NCBI GenBank assembly: GCA_000091165.1
Contig: FP565575.1
Location: 180,001-212,000, forward strand
Direction: 5' to 3'
Length of the DNA stretch: 32,000 bases
DNA from: Candidatus Methylomirabilis oxygeniifera
GTDB lineage: Bacteria; Methylomirabilota; Methylomirabilia; Methylomirabilales; Methylomirabilaceae
The position numbers and the translations under genes are program-made. A model generated the notes under the pieces. That model saw only the letters and a program-made list of their open reading frames with translations, was not told the DNA's origin and searched no databases. Positions 27,501 to 32,000 of this stretch are shown one piece after another (position 1 is the stretch's first letter; each line of letters opens with the position of its first letter).

Positions 27501-28631
27501 GTGTGGGCGGCGATCAGGGGGGCCGTGTGGGAGTCCAGGTGGCTGTACCTGCCGATGGCTGCCATCGGGGGCGGCCTTGCGGCATACGTCCTGCTGCTGG
27601 TGCGCGGAACCTGGCAACAGGATTATCACGGCGGAAGCCTGTGGTTTACGCTGCTGACGATGGCGAGGGTCTTCTCGTATTATCTCAGGCTTCTCATTCT
27701 TCCCGTAAATCTGAATGCCGACTACTCCTACAATGCCTTTCCTGTCACCACCTCGTGGGCTGACCCGAGCGCAGGACTGGCTGTGCTGTTTCTCGCCGGC
27801 CTGTGGTACGCGATCCTGGTCTGCGCCAGAATCAGGCCGGTAGCCGCGTTTGGGGGCGCCTGGTTTTTTCTAGCGTTGCTGCCGGTGTCGCAGATTATTC
27901 CGCATCACGAGATGGTGGCTGAGCACTACGTGTACGTTCCATCGGTCGGGTTTGCCGTGGCCGTGGCGGGGCTGTTCGATCCCTTGCTGGATGATCCTCT
28001 CCGCCGCCGGGTCCTGTACCCGGCAGGCCTGCTTGTACTCATGCTGCTTTCAGTCAGGACGGTATGGCGGAACTTCGATTGGCGGGACGAGTTGACGCTG
28101 TGGCGGAAGACTGTGCAGACCGCGCCGGATTCGGCGAGGGCGCGGAACAATCTGGGTGGGGCATATCTTCGGTCCGGTCAACCGACATTGGCCGAGACGC
28201 ACCTCGAGGCCGCCCTGCGCATCAGGCCCGACTTCGCCTCGGCCAGGGCCAACATGGGGAAGCTGTATATGGACCGTGGAGATCTTGATATGGCCGAACG
28301 TGAACTGAATACCGCATTGATACTGAAGCAGCGCGACGCGATACCGCGTTTATGGCTGGGCGTCGTCCAGGCCCGTAAGGGTGAGATCGCCGCAGCCGAA
28401 GCCCAGTTTCGAACGACGATGGACACATTCCCGTACGGAGCGTATGCGTACAACAACATGGGAGTGCTGTTTGTCCGGACCGGTCGGCTTGCTGAGGCTG
28501 AGTCGCTTTTCCGTGAGGCGTTGCGGCTGATGCCGGAGCTGACCGAGGCCAGGGATAATCTGGCGCGCTTATCTCGGATCGACGGCTCAGGCATTCCTCC
28601 GGTCGGACCAGGGATGGCGGGCACGCCGTGA
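27501..28631 (+). CDS. C-terminal part of the TMTC-like GT-C protein: TM segments (DUF1736-like) plus TPR repeats
   Basis: This frame is open from 27372. HHEMVAEHYVYVPSVGFAVAVAG resembles the DUF1736 AERxLYxPSxG block. At least five TPR-like repeats follow (ARNNLGGAYLRSGQ..., ARANMGKLYMDRGD..., AYNNMGVLFVRTGR...). Confidence 0.75.
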   Translation: MWAAIRGAVWESRWLYLPMAAIGGGLAAYVLLLVRGTWQQDYHGGSLWFTLLTMARVFSYYLRLLILPVNLNADYSYNAFPVTTSWADPSAGLAVLFLAGLWYAILVCARIRPVAAFGGAWFFLALLPVSQIIPHHEMVAEHYVYVPSVGFAVAVAGLFDPLLDDPLRRRVLYPAGLLVLMLLSVRTVWRNFDWRDELTLWRKTVQTAPDSARARNNLGGAYLRSGQPTLAETHLEAALRIRPDFASARANMGKLYMDRGDLDMAERELNTALILKQRDAIPRLWLGVVQARKGEIAAAEAQFRTTMDTFPYGAYAYNNMGVLFVRTGRLAEAESLFREALRLMPELTEARDNLARLSRIDGSGIPPVGPGMAGTP

Positions 28632-29569
28632 CAGAGCAGGTCAAGCCGCTGATATCCGTAATCGTCCCTCTCTACAACGAAGCGGAAAGCGTGCCGGAAC
28701 TCTATTCCGAGCTGGCCGAGGCGCTGAGGCCGCACTCAGATCGATGTGAAATGATATTCGTCGACGATGGCAGTCGTGATGGGTCGTGTGAAAGACTCCA
28801 GGCGATCCGGGAAACGGATGCGCGGGTCAAGATCGTTCGGTTACGTGTCAACCAGGGCAAGTCGACGGCATTGCAGGCCGGTTTCAGGGAGGCCGAAGGG
28901 CAAATCATTGTCACGCTTGATGCCGATCTGCAGGATGATCCAAAAGAGATTCCAAGGTTTCTTCAGAAGCTTGAAGAAGGGTTCGATCTTGTATCCGGCT
29001 GGAAGGTGAAGCGCTACGATCCGTGGTTCCGCCGGTTTCTTTCCGCTATCTTCAACCGGATAACCTCACGGTTTACCGGTGTCAGGCTGCACGATTTCAA
29101 CTGCGGTTATAAGGCCTACCGGCGAGCAGTCATAGGCGAATTGCGCCTGTACGGGGAGTTGCACCGCTTTATTCCGGTGCTGGCAAGCTGGCGGGGTTTC
29201 AGGATCGGTGAGATCGAGGTCGCCCACCGCGCGCGGCGCTACGGTCTGTCCAGGTATGGGATAGAGCGGATACCCAGAGGGTTCTTCGACCTGCTGACCG
29301 TGCTGATGCTGACGCGGTATACGACACGCCCCCTGCACTTTTTCGGCTTGGTCGGGGTGCTGGTCGGCTTGATCGGGTTTGGGATTATCGGGTATCTCTC
29401 GATCGGATGGCTGTTCGGCCAGTGGATAGGTGGCCGCCCCCTTTTCATTCTGGGAACGCTGATGGTCATTGGCGGCCTGCAGCTTGTGTCGTTTGGGCTG
29501 TTGGCAGAGATGATCGTCTACGGCTCCACGCGGGAAAGCGATCCCCCCATCGATCTGGTCCTCAAATAA
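28628..29569 (+). CDS. GT2 polyprenyl-phosphate sugar synthase (DPM1/ArnC/GtrB-like) with two C-terminal TM helices
   Basis: GTG start overlaps the upstream stop (GTGA). ISVIVPLYNEAESV, MIFVDDGSRDGS, VTLDADLQDDPKEIP (DxD region). C-terminal hydrophobic hairpin FFGLVGVLVGLIGF...ILGTLMVIGGLQLVSFGLLAEM. Confidence 0.9.
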   Translation: MTEQVKPLISVIVPLYNEAESVPELYSELAEALRPHSDRCEMIFVDDGSRDGSCERLQAIRETDARVKIVRLRVNQGKSTALQAGFREAEGQIIVTLDADLQDDPKEIPRFLQKLEEGFDLVSGWKVKRYDPWFRRFLSAIFNRITSRFTGVRLHDFNCGYKAYRRAVIGELRLYGELHRFIPVLASWRGFRIGEIEVAHRARRYGLSRYGIERIPRGFFDLLTVLMLTRYTTRPLHFFGLVGVLVGLIGFGIIGYLSIGWLFGQWIGGRPLFILGTLMVIGGLQLVSFGLLAEMIVYGSTRESDPPIDLVLK

Positions 29570-29618
29570 CGCAGAGTCAAAGAATAACATGTACATATTC
29601 ATGATCCGAAAAATGCGC

Positions 29619-29660
29619 AAACCCCCTCTTCCCCTTTCGAAAGGGGGATGAAGGGGGTTT
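29619..29660. repeat. Complete nested-hairpin repeat; likely a bidirectional intrinsic terminator after the GT2 operon
   Basis: AAACCCCCTCTTCCCCTTTCGAAAGGGGGATGAAGGGGGTTT is an almost perfect 42-bp palindrome. It is followed by GTTGCTTTGG, and on the other strand by TTTGCGCATTTTT. It lies 50 nt after the GT2 stop. Confidence 0.6.
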
Positions 29661-29765
29661 GTTGCTTTGGTAGATGTAAATGTTAATTGTTGACGCCTCC
29701 TAACGCTGGCTCTTCCGAAATGAGCATGGGTAGAGACCGAGTCTTCAGCGCTGGACACGGGGACA

Positions 29766-29848
29766 CCCCCTTTGGTAACGGGGGAGAAAAGAAGGATATG
29801 CAAGCGTCTGGTCCCCCCCCTTTGGAAAAGGGGGGCTAGGGGGGTTTC
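29766..29848. repeat. Composite repeat unit (two hairpins plus a conserved linker) abutting the DUF559 start
   Basis: CCCCCTTTGGTAACGGGGGAGAAAAGAAGGATATGCAAGCGTCTGGTCCCCCCCCTTTGGAAAAGGGGGGCTAGGGGGGTTTC. The linker and second hairpin match 24877-24975. Confidence 0.85.
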
Positions 29849-29851
29849 TCA

Positions 29852-30202
29852 TTGATCCTGCCCTACAATAAGGACCTCAAAGGTTATGCCCGCTCCCTGC
29901 GGAAGAATATGACCGACGCCGAGCGAACACTGTGGTCCCTGATCAGGCGAAAGCAAGCGAAAGGCCGTCTCTTTTCACGTCAAAAGACGATTGACAATTA
30001 CATTGTGGATTTTTACTGCGCCTCAGCCGCACTCGTCATCGAACTTGATGGAGGACAACATTATACGCCGGAGGGTCGTGAGCAGGACCGATGGCGCGAT
30101 GCTGACCTGGCGGCGCGTGGGTTGACAGTGTTGAGGTTTTCCGATCGGGACGTGCTGACAAATCTTGAAGGCGTACTAGAAGAGATCTGGCAACATCTCT
30201 GA
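29852..30202 (+). CDS. DUF559 endonuclease-domain protein (Vsr-like, PD-(D/E)xK superfamily)
   Basis: TTG start. LPYNKDLKGYARSLRKNMTDAERTLWSLIRRKQ...FSRQKTIDNYIVDFYCASAALVIELDGGQH...RDADLAARGLTVLRFSDRDVLTNLEGVLEEI is the typical DUF559 layout with the D...E-x-D core. Confidence 0.85.
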   Translation: MILPYNKDLKGYARSLRKNMTDAERTLWSLIRRKQAKGRLFSRQKTIDNYIVDFYCASAALVIELDGGQHYTPEGREQDRWRDADLAARGLTVLRFSDRDVLTNLEGVLEEIWQHL

Positions 30203-30214
30203 GGGAAAGAAGCG

Positions 30215-30261
30215 AAACCCCCTCAATCCCCCTTTACGAAAGGGGGAGACAGAGTAGATGT
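30215..30261. repeat. Nested-hairpin repeat unit immediately downstream of DUF559, inverted relative to 29821-29848
   Basis: AAACCCCCTCAATCCCCCTTTACGAAAGGGGGAGACAGAGTAGATGT is nearly identical to 24838-24884. Confidence 0.85.
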
Positions 30262-30369
30262 AGAACTCCCGTGTCCAGCAACCCAGGTTATGGGACATGG
30301 TCAGCTCTCGGAGGGAGAGAGAAGGACAAAGCAACCCACACGAGTTCCGGAAGAGTCCCGAAATAACGC

Positions 30370-31017
30370 TCATCGCTTGTGTGTGGCAGCCCCCTTTGCA
30401 CGCTTTCGGCGGCTGGGCTTGACCTCCGCTGTTTGGGCGTGCTGCGGCCACCAGAAGGCTGTCGCCGCAAACCAGAGCAGGATCGGGAAGAGACCGAACC
30501 CGTTGACGGAAAAGAAGGCGTAGCCCCACTCGTACAGCTTGACTGTAAACGAAGAAGCGGCCTCAGGCATCATGCCGTGCGCCTGCAGCCCTGGATAGAC
30601 GGCGGTCCAGCGTAGCTTGATGTACAGGTCGGCAAGATGCAGCATCGACAGCCCCGCCCCACCGGCCAGGCAGATCTTGGCTTTCGTTGCCAGGCCAAGC
30701 AGCGGCGTGGCAATGGTCAGGGAGACGAGCAGGATCATGTTGACGTAGGTGGCGTCGTCGAGCACATTGACGGTGGCCATGCCGGCAGACCCATCCGACT
30801 TGGTCACTGGTCTGACGATCCAGACCCGCCGATCCCTAGCTTCGAGATGACTGTCCGGCGGAAGCATCCCCGTCGCATGCAGAATGGTCTGCCCGACCGT
30901 AGCCATTCCCTGAGCGTACAAAGGGGAGAGGAAACGCCAGACGGCGAGCAGCAGCAACAGCGCAATGGTAAACCATGCGGTGAAACGGCCGATTCTAGCT
31001 CTGAGGGTGGCGAGCAA
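30370..31017 (-). CDS. Exosortase-associated polytopic membrane protein (start uncertain)
   Basis: About four TM segments, with a basic C-terminal tail KPSRRKRAKGAATHKR. The track start (31125) and the ATG at 31080 would overlap real exosortase TM coding by 131 or 86 nt. A TTG at 31017 gives LLATLRARIGRF followed by a TM segment, with only a 23-nt overlap. Confidence 0.5.
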   Translation of the reverse strand: MLATLRARIGRFTAWFTIALLLLLAVWRFLSPLYAQGMATVGQTILHATGMLPPDSHLEARDRRVWIVRPVTKSDGSAGMATVNVLDDATYVNMILLVSLTIATPLLGLATKAKICLAGGAGLSMLHLADLYIKLRWTAVYPGLQAHGMMPEAASSFTVKLYEWGYAFFSVNGFGLFPILLWFAATAFWWPQHAQTAEVKPSRRKRAKGAATHKR

Positions 31018-31513
31018 GGGCCCCTGCCCAGAATAGCCAGAGGCCCAGGGCGAAGACGATGAAGAGCGACTGCCAGACATAGATATGCGCGGTGTCAAAG
31101 TACGGGCGAAAGTGGCTTCCGACATAGATCAGGCTGAGCACCCGCATCAGGTTCAGAATATACAGCGCGCCGCTGCCCAGGAGCACGCCCCAGAGACGTT
31201 GTCGCCAGGTCGCCGGATAAGCGAGTATTGCCGACACGAACAGGGCCGTCTCGTAGATGGCGTTGCAATTGTTCTGAATCGCCACCGAGAAGAGGGGGGT
31301 TGTGACCACCTTGTCATGCACCGTGGCCTCCGTCCCGCCGAGCAGCAGAATGGTTCGCGCGAGTTGAGCGATTCCCCTGGTAAAAGGATCGACAAGCTGT
31401 CGGTCCAGACCGTACAGCAGGCCGAACAGGCCCAGGATATACAGGCCAAACAGCAGTGCGCTGCGTCGGATCTGGGCGCGAGGAGATGGTGATTCAACCT
31501 CTGAGGTTTGCAT
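30995..31513 (-). CDS. Short-form exosortase/archaeosortase-family transpeptidase (XrtH/XrtF size class)
   Basis: 172 aa. Candidate catalytic Cys in FSVAIQNNCNAIYETALFVSAILAYP, Arg in LYILNLMRVLSLIYVG and His in DTAHIYVWQ, in the order expected for the Cys/Arg/His exosortase core. Multi-TM. No clear RBS. Confidence 0.7.
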   Translation of the reverse strand: MQTSEVESPSPRAQIRRSALLFGLYILGLFGLLYGLDRQLVDPFTRGIAQLARTILLLGGTEATVHDKVVTTPLFSVAIQNNCNAIYETALFVSAILAYPATWRQRLWGVLLGSGALYILNLMRVLSLIYVGSHFRPYFDTAHIYVWQSLFIVFALGLWLFWAGALARHPQS

Positions 31514-31617
31514 AGGTGGATTTTACGGTGATCCTGAATTGTCAGTCAAGCAATTTTCATTCTTCAACCTTTAGTCTTTCGCTTAAATACCTGAGCAGCT
31601 CCGCTATGCCGGGCGCC

Positions 31618-31646
31618 TTGACAGCGGCATGGCTTCATGTTACAAA
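31618..31646 (+). promoter_or_regulatory. Possible sigma70 promoter for the downstream Tat-signal gene
   Basis: TTGACA (31618-31623), a 17-nt spacer, then TACAAA (31641-31646). The -10 is weak because it lacks the final T. Confidence 0.3.
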
Positions 31647-31678
31647 CCTACGGGCGCTACTCAGGTGGATAGCAACTG

Positions 31679-31739
31679 AAGGCTGAAGGCTGTGAGGGGT
31701 AAAGCGGTGACGATGCGTGAGAACGTATCGCCTTCAGCC
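31679..31739 (+). promoter_or_regulatory. Long hairpin in the putative 5' leader of the Tat-signal gene
   Basis: An 11-bp perfect stem, AGGCTGAAGGC (31679-31689) pairing with GCCTTCAGCCT (31729-31739), with a 39-nt loop containing a second small stem (GATGCG/CGTATC). The left arm is part of a tandem GAAGGCT GAAGGCT. Confidence 0.35.
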
Positions 31740-31771
31740 TGAACGCCTCAGTAGTGACGGTGGAGGTTGGT

Positions 31772-32000
31772 ATGGGGTGTTGTATCCATTTGACCAGGCG
31801 GCAGTTTCTGAGCGCGGCAATGACGCTGGCCGCTATAGCGCCGTCGTGGCTGCCGAGGCCGGCCGAGGCCGCCCCTACCCCTGTTCCCGTTCCAAAGACG
31901 TTGGGTCGAACAGATGCCCTGCTGAAGGAGATCATTACGACCTATGCGTCCGTAGAAGACGACCCATGGGTCCTGATGCACGGAGTGAGGGCCTTAGGAT
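31772..32000 (+). CDS. Partial ORF (runs off the window) for a protein with a twin-arginine (Tat) signal peptide
   Basis: Absent from the ORF track because no stop falls in the window. GGAGG lies 5 nt upstream of the ATG. MGCCIHLTRRQFLSAAMTLAAIAPSWLPRPAEA-A contains the T-R-R-x-F-L Tat motif. The frame has no stop through nt 32000. Confidence 0.6.
   Translation, partial: MGCCIHLTRRQFLSAAMTLAAIAPSWLPRPAEAAPTPVPVPKTLGRTDALLKEIITTYASVEDDPWVLMHGVRALG

Noticed and set aside
31600-31771. Known riboswitch class in the leader of the Tat-signal gene
   Set aside because: I found no diagnostic conserved cores (B12 box, TPP CUGAGA/ACCUGA pairing context, GEMM, glycine, ZTP and others) by eye. I report it only as an unclassified hairpin.

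Overview
This window is about 32 kb of moderately GC-rich bacterial chromosome (high 50s % GC by eye, with frequent GTG/TTG starts). Most of it is an extracellular-polysaccharide / envelope-glycan locus. The locus holds a MurJ/Wzx-like flippase, five GT4 glycosyltransferases and one membrane-anchored GT2 (polyprenyl-phosphate sugar synthase type). It also holds a TMTC-like GT-C/TPR glycosyltransferase that is split in two, two or three CE4-type deacetylases, two SAM methyltransferase-like genes, a FemAB/GNAT-like acyltransferase and a nucleotide-sugar dehydrogenase. Several secreted proteins are encoded: two DUF4091/GH123-like proteins (one with a CARDB domain), a YVTN beta-propeller, and a BNR/Asp-box lipoprotein. 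At the 3' end sits a short-form exosortase with a partner membrane protein. Many genes are joined by 4-nt ATGA/GTGA start-stop overlaps. A roughly 3.3 kb accessory islet (16.1-19.4 kb) interrupts the locus. It carries an RHH-PIN toxin-antitoxin pair bracketed by two ~190-bp direct repeats, plus an AAA/DUF4143 ATPase. A second repeat family, the C5/G5 nested hairpins that translate as PPFxKGG, occurs at five places. It forms a 270-bp intergenic array, lies exactly at the frame break of the TMTC-like gene, and appears as inverted copies hugging a DUF559 nuclease ORF. The most interesting leads are the DUF559/repeat association, the repeat-plus-G8 disruption of the GT-C gene, and the short exosortase module with no cargo in view. 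All calls come from reading motifs by eye. No database search was run, and the taxon cannot be assigned from this window.
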